A stretch of DNA of 64,000 nucleotides from an uncultured Acidobacteriota bacterium (GCA_963770895.1 CAVYRF010000003.1:1-64000); one strand, 5' to 3'. Positions 23,932 through 34,582 are shown, counted from the stretch's first letter. Notes: generated from the letters alone by a model not told the origin. Made by a program: numbers and translations.

Positions 23932-24863
23932 CGCTCGCCCGCCGCCGCCGCCGGTAGCCGCCACCTGTGGTACCACAGCTCGACCGAGCGGGTCAGCATG
24001 CCGGACCGCTGGTACATGCGCTGCGCCCGCACGTTCCGCCCCTGGGTGACGACGCTGACGGTCGTCGCCCCCTGGTGATGCAGCCAGGCGAGCGCGGCGT
24101 CGATCAGGCGCCCGCCCAGGCCGCGGCCCTGCGCCGCGGCGGCGACCGCGAACAGACCGATCTGGCCGCCGCGGTGCCCATCGTCGCCCAGCCCGGCCTG
24201 CATTGCCACGGTGATGTAGCCGGCCGGTCCGTCCACGTTCGCCCCCGGCGCCGGGGGCGCGCCGTCCGCCACCAGCACGGCGCCGGCGGGGTCGGCGCAG
24301 CAGCGCTCGATCCAGGCGGCGTACAGCGCGTCGCAGCGCTCGCGGGCAAAGTGGGGATCGCTGTAAAAGCGCGAGTCGCGATGGCTGGCGGCGGCCAGGC
24401 GCCGCAGCAGCGGCAGATCGGCCGCGGTCGCCGCGCGCACCGGCGGCGTCGGTGGCGGCTGGGTCGGGGACACCGGCAGGTCGGGCGGCCGCAACGGCGC
24501 CTGGGCAGGGCGCTGCACGGGCTCCACGGCTTCCATCGGGGCGTCCAGGCGTCGCTCCAGAGTGACGCGGATGTCCACCAGCTGGAAGCCGGCGCTTGCG
24601 GCGAGACCCGGCGCCGCCGGGTCGCCCGCGCCGGCCAGCCAGTAGAGGCAGTCGACATCCTGGCGGTCCGCCCACTCGACCGCCGCCGCCAGCGCCGCTG
24701 GCGTGAGGACGTCGCCCCGCACCCTGCCGATGCGCCGCCCGAAGTGGCGGCTGTCCCAATCCAGCAGCTCGCAGGGGGGCGCCGGCGGGAGGGCGGCCGG
24801 CGCGTTGTTTTGCGGGTCACGCGGGTCGCGCCGGTCGCGCTGAGCGGGCGGCACGGCGGTCAC
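23928..24863 (-). CDS. wecD: GNAT acetyltransferase, dTDP-fucosamine acetyltransferase type
   Basis: 'LDWDSRHFG', 'SRFYSDPHF...LYAAW', 'QGRGLG', 'VVTQGRNVRAQRMYQRSG'; coupled to both neighbours by 4-bp overlaps. Confidence 0.8.
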   Translation of the reverse strand: MTAVPPAQRDRRDPRDPQNNAPAALPPAPPCELLDWDSRHFGRRIGRVRGDVLTPAALAAAVEWADRQDVDCLYWLAGAGDPAAPGLAASAGFQLVDIRVTLERRLDAPMEAVEPVQRPAQAPLRPPDLPVSPTQPPPTPPVRAATAADLPLLRRLAAASHRDSRFYSDPHFARERCDALYAAWIERCCADPAGAVLVADGAPPAPGANVDGPAGYITVAMQAGLGDDGHRGGQIGLFAVAAAAQGRGLGGRLIDAALAWLHHQGATTVSVVTQGRNVRAQRMYQRSGMLTRSVELWYHRWRLPAAAAGER

Positions 24864-25924
24864 CGTGCGTCGTCCGGCGCGGTGACCCGGCGCACGCTGT
24901 AGATGGGGCGGGACATCAGGCGGGTGTGCATGCGCGCCAGGTATTCGCCCAGGATGCCCAGGGTGAACAGCTGAGCGCCCGAAAAGATCGCGATCACCGA
25001 GGCCAGAAACGGGAAGCCGGGGACGCTGGTGCCCTGGATCAGGTAGCGGCCGACGACGTAGGCCAGCACCGCCAGGCCCAGCAGCGTCGAGGCGAAGCCG
25101 ACGAAGCTGGCCAGCTTGAGCGGTCCGACGCTGAAGCCGGTCACCATGTTGAGCGCGTGGCGCACCAGCATGGCGACGGTGTAGTTGGAGGCGCCGGCCT
25201 GGCGCACGTCGTGGCGCACCGGCACGGCGGCAAAGCGGGTGGTCGCCCAGGTGAGCAGCACGTCGATCGAAACGTAGGGGTTGCCGTAGTGGTCGAACGC
25301 CGGCCGCAGCTCGGCGCGCAGGGCGCGAAAGGCGCTGACGTTGCGGGCGATGGTGGCGCCCATGGCGCCTTGCAGCACCAGCTTGGTGGCCTGCGAGGCG
25401 AGGTCGCGCAGCGGGCCGTGCTGCTGGGCGAGCGGCGTGCCGTACACCACGTCCACGCCGGCGGTCAGCGCGTCGAGCAGCTTGGGCAGCTCTTCGGGGG
25501 GGTGCTGCAGGTCGTCGTCCATGGTGACGATGACCTGGCCGGCGGCCGCCCGGATGCCGCACAGCAGGGCGTTGTGCTGCCCGTAGTTGCGCATCAGGTC
25601 GATGCCGCGCACCCGCGGCTGGCGCGCCGCGATCTGGCCGATGACCTGCCAGCTGTCGTCGGCGCTGCCGTCGTTGACCAGCAGGATCTCCGCCTGGGGG
25701 TCGCGGGCGGCGAGCACCGGCGCCAGGCGGGCGACCAGCGCCGGCAGGGTCGCCGCGCCGTTGTAGACCGGCACCACCACCGACAGCAGCGGGCCGGCGT
25801 CCGGTGTGAGCGGCCCTGGCGGTGGTGGCGGCGCTGGCTGCTCCACCGGAGGTGGCTGCCCTGGCCGCACCGTGGGCGGCACCGCCGTTGGTTCCAGGCG
25901 GTCGATTGGCGTCGGCGGGCACAT
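24860..25924 (-). CDS. GT2 polyprenyl-phosphate glycosyltransferase (ArnC/GtrB-like)
   Basis: 'VVVPVYN', 'VNDGSAD', 'RNYGQHNA', 'MDDDLQHPP', two C-terminal TMs and 'GILGEYLAR'. Confidence 0.9.
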   Translation of the reverse strand: MCPPTPIDRLEPTAVPPTVRPGQPPPVEQPAPPPPPGPLTPDAGPLLSVVVPVYNGAATLPALVARLAPVLAARDPQAEILLVNDGSADDSWQVIGQIAARQPRVRGIDLMRNYGQHNALLCGIRAAAGQVIVTMDDDLQHPPEELPKLLDALTAGVDVVYGTPLAQQHGPLRDLASQATKLVLQGAMGATIARNVSAFRALRAELRPAFDHYGNPYVSIDVLLTWATTRFAAVPVRHDVRQAGASNYTVAMLVRHALNMVTGFSVGPLKLASFVGFASTLLGLAVLAYVVGRYLIQGTSVPGFPFLASVIAIFSGAQLFTLGILGEYLARMHTRLMSRPIYSVRRVTAPDDAR

Positions 25925-26127
25925 GGCGGGCGGATTTTATCCGGTTTTGCGCCGCCGCCCCGCGCCGCGGTGGAGAGCCGGGGCGGCCCCCGCCGCGCTG
26001 CGGGAACCCGCCCGGCCGGGGGAGCGTTTCGTCCTGGGGCCGCCGTGCGAACGTGCTATACAGATAAGCGCACGCAAGTGCGGGCCGCGCCCGGACCGCC
26101 GGGCTTCCCCCAGACCGCCGACCGCCG

Positions 26128-27762
26128 ATGAAACCCCAACCGCCATTCCAGGATTCGCCGGCGCCGCCGGCGGGCGCGTCGCTCGACCGGCGCCAGCTGC
26201 TCAAGGGCATGGCGGCCGCCGGGGCGGGATCGCTGGCGCCGCTGGCCCCCTTGATGCCCGCCGCCGGCGCGACGGCCACGGCCGTATCGGCGGCATCGAC
26301 GCTGGGGCTTGCCGGGTGCAGCCGCCCGCCGGCCGTGGCGCGTCCTGACCTGATCGCCAGCGAAAACGAGAAGCCGGGGACCACCGACTGGCTGCTCGCC
26401 GCGACGCGCGTCGACCCGTCGACCCGCTTTCGCTGTCCGTGGATCGAGGGCTACTGCTCGCACACCAGCCTGCGCGCCGGCGACCGCCTGGCGTTCATGG
26501 TCAGCACCAACCCGCCGTCGCCGTTCGTCATCGACCTGTACCGCATGGGCTGGTACGGCGGCAAGGGCGGCAGGCACCTGGAACGGCTGGGGCCGTTCCA
26601 GGGCAAGGTCCAGCCCAACCCCGAGGTCGGCGTCGAGCGGGTGCGCGACTGCCGCTGGGAGCCGGCGGCCCAGATCACGATCCCCGACGGCCCGGGCGGC
26701 TGGCCGAGCGGCGTCTACCTGGGCAAGCTGACCGCCCAACGCGGCGGCCTGCAGAGCTACGTGGTGTTCGTGGTGCGCGACGACCGCCCTTGCGACGTGC
26801 TGTTCCAGTGCAGCACCAATACCTGGGCCGCCTATAACCGCTGGCCCCACCGCTTTTCGTTGTACGACGACGGCATCAAGAACTGGTATTGGGGGCCCGG
26901 CGTGCGGGTCAGCTGGAACCGGCCGTACGGCAAGTATTGCCAGCTGCTCGACGCGCCGCTGTCGCAGGGCTCGGGGGAGTTCCTGCTGTGGGAGTTCCCG
27001 GCGGCGTTCTGGCTGGAACAGCACGGTTTCGACGTGTCCTACACCGCCAACATCGATACCCACGAGGACGGTGCCGGGCTGCGGCGCGGCAAGCTGTGGC
27101 TGTCGGTGGGCCACGACGAATATTGGACGCTCGCCATGCACGACAACGTGGCCGCGGCGCGCGACGCCGGGGTGAACCTGGCCTTCCTGTCCGGCAACGC
27201 CTGCTACGGCGTGATCGACCTCCATGCCGACGCCGGCGGCCGCGAGCGGCGGGCAATGCGCCGCATCGGCCAGTACGGCCCGATCGAGCCGCGCAACGTC
27301 GCCGACGGCTTTCCCGAGCTGCTGCGGCTGCCCAGCAACGGGCCGGACGAATCGCAGCTGATCGGCGCGCGCAGCGGCTATCCGCTGACCGGCACCGCGC
27401 CGTGGACCTGCACCAACGCGCGGCATTGGATCTTCGAGCACACGCGGATGGCCGACGGCGACGGCATTCCGGGCCTGGTCGGCTGGGAGTTTCACGGCAA
27501 CGCCGCCGCCATCCCCGGCCTGGAGGTGGTGGCGCAGGGGCCGATCGGGCCGCCGGGCGCCGCCGGCGCGTACGCGGCGACGGTCTATCCGGGACCGAAA
27601 GGCAACTTTGTCTTCAACGGCGCCACCTGCTGGTGGTGCGACGGCCTGAGCGCGCCGCCCGGATATCAGCATCCGGGGCTGCGCGGGTCCGGCCCGCGCG
27701 GCCCCGATCCGCGGGTGCAGCGCATCACCGCCAACCTGATCCGGCGTGCCGCGCGTGCTTGA
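26128..27762 (+). CDS. Tat-exported N,N-dimethylformamidase beta-subunit-like protein
   Basis: Tat 'DRRQLLKG', lipobox-like 'LAGC'; 'ENEKPGT', 'YRMGWYGG', 'TWAAYN', 'GHDEYW', 'LAFLSGN'. Confidence 0.75.
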   Translation: MKPQPPFQDSPAPPAGASLDRRQLLKGMAAAGAGSLAPLAPLMPAAGATATAVSAASTLGLAGCSRPPAVARPDLIASENEKPGTTDWLLAATRVDPSTRFRCPWIEGYCSHTSLRAGDRLAFMVSTNPPSPFVIDLYRMGWYGGKGGRHLERLGPFQGKVQPNPEVGVERVRDCRWEPAAQITIPDGPGGWPSGVYLGKLTAQRGGLQSYVVFVVRDDRPCDVLFQCSTNTWAAYNRWPHRFSLYDDGIKNWYWGPGVRVSWNRPYGKYCQLLDAPLSQGSGEFLLWEFPAAFWLEQHGFDVSYTANIDTHEDGAGLRRGKLWLSVGHDEYWTLAMHDNVAAARDAGVNLAFLSGNACYGVIDLHADAGGRERRAMRRIGQYGPIEPRNVADGFPELLRLPSNGPDESQLIGARSGYPLTGTAPWTCTNARHWIFEHTRMADGDGIPGLVGWEFHGNAAAIPGLEVVAQGPIGPPGAAGAYAATVYPGPKGNFVFNGATCWWCDGLSAPPGYQHPGLRGSGPRGPDPRVQRITANLIRRAARA

Positions 27763-27879
27763 GGCGGCGGCTCCGGCTTGGCGGTCGGTGCCGGACGTGA
27801 GAACCTTGAACGTTGGACACGGGCCGCGTGGGCGTGCTCATGCGGCCGGCGCGCGAGAACCAAGAGGAGGTTTCAGGGG

Positions 27880-30627
27880 ATGAGCAACGGGTATGTGGCG
27901 CCGCTCAACTGGTATGTCGGCGGCGAGCGCGATAACGACGTCGAAGAGACGCAAGAGTGGCTGACCGCCTTCAATGACGTGGTGGATGCCGCCGGGCGCA
28001 ACCGGGCGCAGTTCCTGCTGCAGAAGCTGCTCGAACAGGGCTATCAGCGCGACGTGCACCTGCCGTTCACCGGCAACACGCCGTACATCAACACCATCCC
28101 GGTGGCCGAGCAGCCGCCCTACGCCGGCGACCGCAAGATCGAGCGGCGCATCAAGAGCATCATCCGCTGGAACGCCATGGCGATGGTGGTGCGGGCCAAC
28201 AAGAAGTTCGGCGGTCTGGGCGGCCACATCTCCACCTTCGCATCGTCGGCGACGCTCTACCAGGTGGGCCTGCACCACTTCTTCCGCGGCCGCGGCGAAG
28301 ACGGGTTCGGCGGCGACGCCATCTACATCCAGGGGCACGGTTCGCCGGGCATCTACGCCCACGCGTTCCTGGAAGGGCGGATCACGCTCGAGCAGATGGA
28401 GCACTTCCGCCGCGAGGTGGAGCGCCCCGGCGGCCTGTCGTCGTACCCGCACCCCTGGCTGATGCCCGATTTCTGGGAGTTCCCCACGGTTTCGATGGGG
28501 CTGGCGCCGATCAGCGCCATCTATCAGGCCAAGTTCAACCGCTACATGCGCGACCGCGGGCTGCGTCCGCACCAGGGGCGGCGGGTGTGGGCGTTCCTGG
28601 GCGACGGCGAAACGGACGAGCCGGAAAGCCTGGGCGCCATCACGCTGGCGGCGCGCGAAGGGCTGGACAACCTGATCTTCGTCATCAACTGCAACCTGCA
28701 GCGCCTGGACGGTCCGGTGCGCGGCAACGGCAAGATCATCCAGGAGCTGGAAACCACCTTCCGCGGCGCCGGCTGGAACGTCATCAAGGTCATCTGGGGG
28801 AGCGAGTGGGATCCGCTGCTCGCCGCCGATCCGACGGGGCTGCTGATCCAGCGCATGAACGAAGTGGTCGACGGCCAATATCAAAAGTACGTGGTCGAGC
28901 CGGGCTCCTACGTGCGGCAGGACTTCTTCGGCAAATATCCCGAGCTGGCGGCGATGGTCAGGGCCTATTCCGACGAGCAGCTCAAGGGGTTGCGCCGCGG
29001 CGGGCACGACCCGATGAAGGTCTACGCCGCCTTCCGCGCGGCCACCAAGCATCGCGGCTCGCCGACGGTCATCCTGGCCAAGACCGTCAAGGGCTACGGG
29101 CTGGGCGAAGCGGGTGAGGGCAAGAACGTCAGCCACCAGCAGAAAAAGCTCAACGACGACGAGCTGCGCCTGTTCCGCGACCGCTTCGACATCCCGGTGC
29201 GCGACGCCGACCTGCACGACACGCCCTTCTACCGGCCGGCGGAGAACAGCGAGGAGATCGAATACCTCAAGGAGCGGCGCCGCGCCCTGGGCGGGCCGCT
29301 GCCGCGCCGGCGCGTGCGCACCGAGGCGCTGGCGCTGCCCAAGGACGACATGTGGAAGACCTTCTACGAGGGGGTCAACCGCGACGTCTCGACCACCATG
29401 GTGTTCGTCCAGATGCTCACCCTCCTGATGAAGGACAAGGAGATCGGCAAGTTCGTGGTGCCGATCGTGCCGGACGAAGCGCGCACCTTCGGCATGGAAT
29501 CGCTGTTTCGCCAGTTCGGCATCCACTGCCACGTCGGCCAGAACTACGAGCCGGTGGACGCCGGCATGCTGCTGTACTACCGCGAGGCGCAGGACGGGCA
29601 GATCCTCGAAGAGGGCATCACCGAGGCGGGCTCGATGGCATCGTTCATCGCCGCCGGCACCGCCTACGCCACCCACGGCAAGGACATGATTCCGTTCTTC
29701 GTGTTCTATTCGATGTTCGGGTTCCAGCGCATCGGCGACCTGATCTGGGCGGCGGCCGACCAGCAGACGCGCGGCTTCCTGCTGGGCGCCACCTCGGGGC
29801 GCACGACGCTCAACGGCGAAGGGCTGCAGCACGAGGACGGCCACAGCCACGTGCTGGCGTCGACGGTGCCCAACCTGCTGTGCTACGACCCGTCCTACGC
29901 CTACGAGCTGGCGGTGATCATCCGCGACGGCTTGCGGCGGATGTACCAGGAGCGGGAAAACATTTTCTATTACATCACCCTGTACAACGAGAACTACCCG
30001 ATGGCGCCCAAACCCGAAGGTTCGGACGAGGGCATCCTGAAGGGGCTGTACAAGCTGCGCCCGGCGCCGGAAGCGGACGCCGCGGCGGCCGCCGAGCCGG
30101 TCAAGAAGGGCAAGGCGCGGCGCGACGCGCGGCCGCGGGCGCACCTGCTGGGCAGCGGTTCGCTGCTGCGCGAGGCGCTGCGGGCCCAGGAGATCCTGTC
30201 GGCGCGCTACGGCGTGGCGGCGGACGTGTGGAGCGCCACCAGCTACAAGGAGCTGCGGCGCGACGCCCTGGATGCCGAGCGCTGGAACATGCTGCATCCG
30301 GAAGCGGAGCCGCAGCAGCCGTACGTGGTGTCGCTGTTCGCGGGCGAAGACACGCCGATCGTCGCGGTGTCCGACTTCATGAAGGCGGTGCCGGACCAGA
30401 TCGCTCGCTGGCTGCCGGGAAGGCTGTTTTCGCTCGGCACCGACGGCTTCGGCCGCAGCGACACGCGCGCGACGCTGCGGCGTTTCTTCGAGATCGACGC
30501 CGAGTGCATCGTGGTGGCGACGCTCTACCAGCTCGCCCTGCACGGCACGGTCGAACGGAGCGTCGTGCAGCAGGCGATTCAGGACCTGGGGATCGACGCC
30601 GACAAGGCGAACCCGCTGTACACCTGA
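27880..30627 (+). CDS. aceE: Pyruvate dehydrogenase E1, homodimeric type
   Basis: 'TPYINTIP', 'GGHIST', 'SSYPHP', 'GDGETDEPE', 'NCNLQRLDGPV', 'EEGITEAG', 'GEGLQH', 'GFGRSD'. Confidence 0.96.
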   Translation: MSNGYVAPLNWYVGGERDNDVEETQEWLTAFNDVVDAAGRNRAQFLLQKLLEQGYQRDVHLPFTGNTPYINTIPVAEQPPYAGDRKIERRIKSIIRWNAMAMVVRANKKFGGLGGHISTFASSATLYQVGLHHFFRGRGEDGFGGDAIYIQGHGSPGIYAHAFLEGRITLEQMEHFRREVERPGGLSSYPHPWLMPDFWEFPTVSMGLAPISAIYQAKFNRYMRDRGLRPHQGRRVWAFLGDGETDEPESLGAITLAAREGLDNLIFVINCNLQRLDGPVRGNGKIIQELETTFRGAGWNVIKVIWGSEWDPLLAADPTGLLIQRMNEVVDGQYQKYVVEPGSYVRQDFFGKYPELAAMVRAYSDEQLKGLRRGGHDPMKVYAAFRAATKHRGSPTVILAKTVKGYGLGEAGEGKNVSHQQKKLNDDELRLFRDRFDIPVRDADLHDTPFYRPAENSEEIEYLKERRRALGGPLPRRRVRTEALALPKDDMWKTFYEGVNRDVSTTMVFVQMLTLLMKDKEIGKFVVPIVPDEARTFGMESLFRQFGIHCHVGQNYEPVDAGMLLYYREAQDGQILEEGITEAGSMASFIAAGTAYATHGKDMIPFFVFYSMFGFQRIGDLIWAAADQQTRGFLLGATSGRTTLNGEGLQHEDGHSHVLASTVPNLLCYDPSYAYELAVIIRDGLRRMYQERENIFYYITLYNENYPMAPKPEGSDEGILKGLYKLRPAPEADAAAAAEPVKKGKARRDARPRAHLLGSGSLLREALRAQEILSARYGVAADVWSATSYKELRRDALDAERWNMLHPEAEPQQPYVVSLFAGEDTPIVAVSDFMKAVPDQIARWLPGRLFSLGTDGFGRSDTRATLRRFFEIDAECIVVATLYQLALHGTVERSVVQQAIQDLGIDADKANPLYT

Positions 30628-30749
30628 TCTTTCGCCGGGTCGATGAACCTTCCGCCGGCCGGCGCGGACCTACAGCGGGGTCCGCCGCCGGCTGGTGGCG
30701 GCAGGATCGGACAACCTGGTTTTGGTGACCCAATAGAGGAGAGAGCTCA

Positions 30750-31355
30750 ATGCGAATCAAGACCGCAGTGCAGACGCTTGGCGTGATGCTGTTGCTACCC
30801 GTGATGGCTGCCGCGCAGCCGATCAGCTACAAGGTGGACCCAGCGCATTCCAGCGTCGGATTCAGCATCCGCCACTTTGTCAGCGACGTCGCCGGACGCT
30901 TCAAGGACTTCACCGGCTCGGTCGTCTACGATACCAAGAACCCGGCCGCGTCCAGCGTGCAGTTCACCATCCAGGCGGCGTCGATCGACACCGACAACGA
31001 CGCCCGCAACAACCACCTCAAGTCGCCCGACTTTTTCGACGTCGCCAAGTTCCCCACCCTCAGCTTCACCAGCAGCAAGGTCGACACGAGCGGCGGCTCG
31101 ACGCTGTCGGTGACCGGCGCCCTGACCATCAAGGGCGTCACCAAGACGGTCACCATCCCGGTCAAGGTGGGCGGCGTGATGAAGACCGCCGACGGCTGGA
31201 AGGCCGGGTTCTCGTCCACCTTCACCATCAACCGCATGGACTACGGGGTGTCGTGGAACCGCGCCGCCGAAGGCGGCGGCTCGATCCTGGGCGACGACGT
31301 GGAGATCACCATCCGCGTCGAAGCCAATACGCCGAAGCCGGCAGCGGCCAAGTAG
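30750..31355 (+). CDS. yceI: YceI family polyisoprenoid-binding periplasmic protein
   Basis: 'DPAHSSVGF', 'SIDT...RNNHLKSPDFF', 'GALTIKGVTK', 'NRMDYG'. Confidence 0.93.
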   Translation: MRIKTAVQTLGVMLLLPVMAAAQPISYKVDPAHSSVGFSIRHFVSDVAGRFKDFTGSVVYDTKNPAASSVQFTIQAASIDTDNDARNNHLKSPDFFDVAKFPTLSFTSSKVDTSGGSTLSVTGALTIKGVTKTVTIPVKVGGVMKTADGWKAGFSSTFTINRMDYGVSWNRAAEGGGSILGDDVEITIRVEANTPKPAAAK

Positions 31356-31484
31356 GCCAAGTACTCTGGCCGGCGCCGGGATTGCAAACCGGCCCCGGAT
31401 CGGCTTCCGGGGTTTGATTGGTTTGCTGTGGCGGGCGGCCGGCGCGGAGGGGACCCCCGCGCCGGCGCGCCTGGCCGGTTTTGG

Positions 31485-33320
31485 CTAGCGGCTGGAGCCG
31501 GCAGGGGCCGCGGCCGGGGCTGCTGCTGCTGCCAGGGCTTTTTTGCGTGCGGCTTCGAACTCGTCGCCCTTGTTCCAGGCGGGCATGGCGTTTTGCTGCG
31601 CCAGGGCGATGCCGGTGTAGAAGCCCAGCTGCGCGTCTTCGATCATGCCGTCGAAGTTCCAATCCGCGGTCAGCTTGTCGCTCGGCTGGTGGTACTGCGT
31701 CGCCACCCACTTTTCGATCGTCTCCTTGCCCCAGCCGGCGGGCCGGCCGCGCACCTGGGTGCCGGCATTGAGGTACATCGCGGGCACGCCGATCTTGGCA
31801 AAGTTGAACTGGTCGGAGCGGTAGAAGTAGCCGCGGTCGGGGAAGGGATCGCTCTCGACAGTGCGGCCCTGGCGCGCGGCGACGGCGGCTATGACGCGGT
31901 CGACGGCGGCGGACTTGCCGAGCGCCACCGAGGTCAGGTCCGTGGTGCGCCCCCAGATGCTGCCGCCGTCGTAGTTGATGTCGACCGCGATGCGGCCGGG
32001 CGGGAAGGTGGGGTGCTTGGCGTAGTACTCCGAGCCGAGCAGGCCCTGCTCCTCGACGCCGACAAAGAGAAAGAGCACCGAGCGGCGCGGCCGTTCGGGC
32101 AGCGCCGCGTAGGCGCGGGCGATGGCCAGCACCTGCGCGCAGCCGGCGGCGTTGTCGTTGGCGCCGTGGTAGATGCGGTCGCCGGTCTGGTCCGGGATGC
32201 CGATGCCCAGATGGTCGTGGTGGGCGCTGTAGATGACCACCTGGTCGCGCAGCCGCGGATCGCTGCCGCGCAGCAGGCCCAGGACGTTGGCGGTCTGCGC
32301 GTGCGACACCTTGTTGGTCAGCGTCAGCGACGTGGTGATGCCGAGCGGCACCGGCTGGAAGTCGCGGCTGCGCGCCTTGGCGACCAGCTGGTCCAGGTTG
32401 TGGCCGGCGGCGGTGAGCAGGCGCCGCACCGCGTCTTCGGTGGCCCAGGCGGCGACCTGGATGTGCGGCTCGCCGGGGGCGGCCGGCAGGGTGAACTTTT
32501 CGCCGCTCCAGGAGGTCTGCACGACCTGCCAGGGGTATCCTGCCGACGGCGTGGTGTGGATGATGATGGCGCCGGCGGCGCCCTGGCGGGCGGCGCTTTC
32601 GTACTTGTACGGCCAGCGGCCGTAGTACAGGCGGCGCTTGCCGGCGAACAGGTTGGGGTCCCAGTCCGGATCGTTGTTCATCATCACCAGGACCTTGCCC
32701 TTGAGGTCCGCGTGCTTGAAGTCGTCCCACTGGTATTCGGGCGCCTGGATGCCGTAGCCGACAAACACCAGCTCGGCGTTGTCGAGCGTCGCCTGGTCGC
32801 TCGCGACGCCCGAGGTGGCGACGTATTCGTCGTGGCGCTTCCATTCGACGCCGGCCGCGCCGGCGCCCGACGGCTTGAAGGACCAGGTCTCGGGCAGGGT
32901 GGCGGCGACGCCGACGATGTCGAACGGCTGTTCCCACGAGCCGCCGGGGGCGCCGGGCTCCAGGCCCAGCGATTCCAGGCTGCTCGCCAGGTAGAGGCGC
33001 GCCAGGCGGTCGGCGCGGGTGGCGGGCCCGCGCCCTTCCAGCAGATCGTCCGAGAGGAAGCGGATGGGCGCCGCGAGCGTGCCGCGGTCGATCTGGCGGG
33101 CGGCGCGCTCGGCACCCGGCAGCGTCGGCACGACCGACCTGGCGCCCGCGGTGCCCCCGGCCTGGGCGCCGCCGCGGGTGACGGCGGGTGCGGATTGGAC
33201 AGCAGGCGCGGCGGCGGCGGGCGCCGCGGCGGCGTCGGGAGCGGCGCCGGCGGGTGCGGTGGCAGCCGGTACGGTGGCGGCCAGGATCAGGAGGAGGGCT
33301 GCTACGGCGGCGATGCGCAT
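31485..33320 (-). CDS. M28 family metallopeptidase with PA domain, secreted
   Basis: 'SDDLLEGRGP', 'SAHHDHLG', 'GANDNAAG', 'EEQGLLGS', 'RSDQFNF', 'YHQPSD'. Confidence 0.92.
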   Translation of the reverse strand: MRIAAVAALLLILAATVPAATAPAGAAPDAAAAPAAAAPAVQSAPAVTRGGAQAGGTAGARSVVPTLPGAERAARQIDRGTLAAPIRFLSDDLLEGRGPATRADRLARLYLASSLESLGLEPGAPGGSWEQPFDIVGVAATLPETWSFKPSGAGAAGVEWKRHDEYVATSGVASDQATLDNAELVFVGYGIQAPEYQWDDFKHADLKGKVLVMMNNDPDWDPNLFAGKRRLYYGRWPYKYESAARQGAAGAIIIHTTPSAGYPWQVVQTSWSGEKFTLPAAPGEPHIQVAAWATEDAVRRLLTAAGHNLDQLVAKARSRDFQPVPLGITTSLTLTNKVSHAQTANVLGLLRGSDPRLRDQVVIYSAHHDHLGIGIPDQTGDRIYHGANDNAAGCAQVLAIARAYAALPERPRRSVLFLFVGVEEQGLLGSEYYAKHPTFPPGRIAVDINYDGGSIWGRTTDLTSVALGKSAAVDRVIAAVAARQGRTVESDPFPDRGYFYRSDQFNFAKIGVPAMYLNAGTQVRGRPAGWGKETIEKWVATQYHQPSDKLTADWNFDGMIEDAQLGFYTGIALAQQNAMPAWNKGDEFEAARKKALAAAAAPAAAPAGSSR

Positions 33321-33535
33321 CGTCGGGCGTCTCCTTTGTTGTAATCTGCGGTGGCCGAGCCAATGGCTCCCCGGCTCCCAGGTCAGGTCGCCACAGTCGC
33401 GAGGCCGCCAGCGGTCACTGGCGCAAGTATATAGAGCCGTTGCGTGAACCGGTCCGGCTGCCGACGGTCGCGCGGGAACGTCGGGCAGGGCGCACGCCGG
33501 ACGCGCGCGCCGGCTGGTCCAACAGGGGAGGGACG

Positions 33536-34582
33536 ATGAAGCTGCGGACGGTGGTGCGAGACTGTCTCTTCTTGAATTGGGCGCTGCCGGCCGCGTCCCT
33601 GCCGGCGCCGCCGGCGCCGCTGCGCTACCAGCTGCACGACTGGCAGGGCGTTGAGCACGTGTTCGCCTCGGCGCTGCTGTTCCACCACGACGCGGTGCGC
33701 TGGCAGGCCCTGCCGCTGGTGCGCATCGGCTATCCCCAGCTCAACGTGCGGCTCTACGTGCTGGACGGCGACGGGGTGCCGGCGGTGCTGTTCCTGCGCG
33801 AGCTGATGCCGGGGTGGGTGGCGCCGGGGGTGCGCCTGATCTCGCGCCATCCGGCAGCCAGCGCGCGGCTGGACTTTCCGCGCCCGTCGCGGCATCCGGG
33901 GGACGGCAGCTGGCTGTGGCGGGTGCGGCGCGGCGACAGCATGACGGTGCGCGCCGCGCTGCACAGCCCGACGGTGGGCCAGGGGCCGCAGGTGGGCGGC
34001 TGGGACGAAACCGTCCGCTACTTCCAGGACCGCCCGCGCGGCTACGCGCAGCACGCCGGCTCCCTCCACCGCACCTATGCCGCGCACCCGCCGGCGCAGG
34101 CGGTGTGGCCGCTGGCCGCGGCGGTGGAGCAGGGGGATGCGCTGCTGCGCCGGCTGCTGCCGATCGCTGCGGATGCGGCGATGCCGGCGCTGCATTCCAG
34201 CTGGCTCTGTCCGGAGATGCCCTTCGCCATCGCCTTGGACCTGATGCCCAGGGTGCAGCCGGTGGTCAACGGCCTGCCGCACCCGGCGGCCGGCCGGGTC
34301 ACGGTCGGCGCCTTGCGGGCGCGCGCGGCAGGGCGGCGAGCGGCGCAGGGGGAGGCGGCGGCGGGCGGCGCGGCGGCGGCGGTTGCGGCGGCGCTGTCGT
34401 GCGCGGCCCAGGGCGGCGCGGACGATGGCGCGCCGGCCGGGCGTGCGGCGCGCCTGCAGGGCGGGGTTGGCGGGAGCGGCGGGGTTGGCGGGATCGGCGG
34501 TGGTGGCGGGGTCGGCGCGATGGGTGGCGGCGGCGTGGCGGGGGCTGCCGGCGCGGGCGCCGTGTTAGCATCCGCGGCATGA
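33536..34582 (+). CDS. DUF2071 (YqjF-like) protein with long Ala/Gly-rich tail
   Basis: 'RDCLFLNW', 'YPQLNVRLYV...DGVPAVLFL' resemble YqjF; RBS GGGGAGGG; stop overlaps the leuB start. Confidence 0.6.
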   Translation: MKLRTVVRDCLFLNWALPAASLPAPPAPLRYQLHDWQGVEHVFASALLFHHDAVRWQALPLVRIGYPQLNVRLYVLDGDGVPAVLFLRELMPGWVAPGVRLISRHPAASARLDFPRPSRHPGDGSWLWRVRRGDSMTVRAALHSPTVGQGPQVGGWDETVRYFQDRPRGYAQHAGSLHRTYAAHPPAQAVWPLAAAVEQGDALLRRLLPIAADAAMPALHSSWLCPEMPFAIALDLMPRVQPVVNGLPHPAAGRVTVGALRARAAGRRAAQGEAAAGGAAAAVAAALSCAAQGGADDGAPAGRAARLQGGVGGSGGVGGIGGGGGVGAMGGGGVAGAAGAGAVLASAA

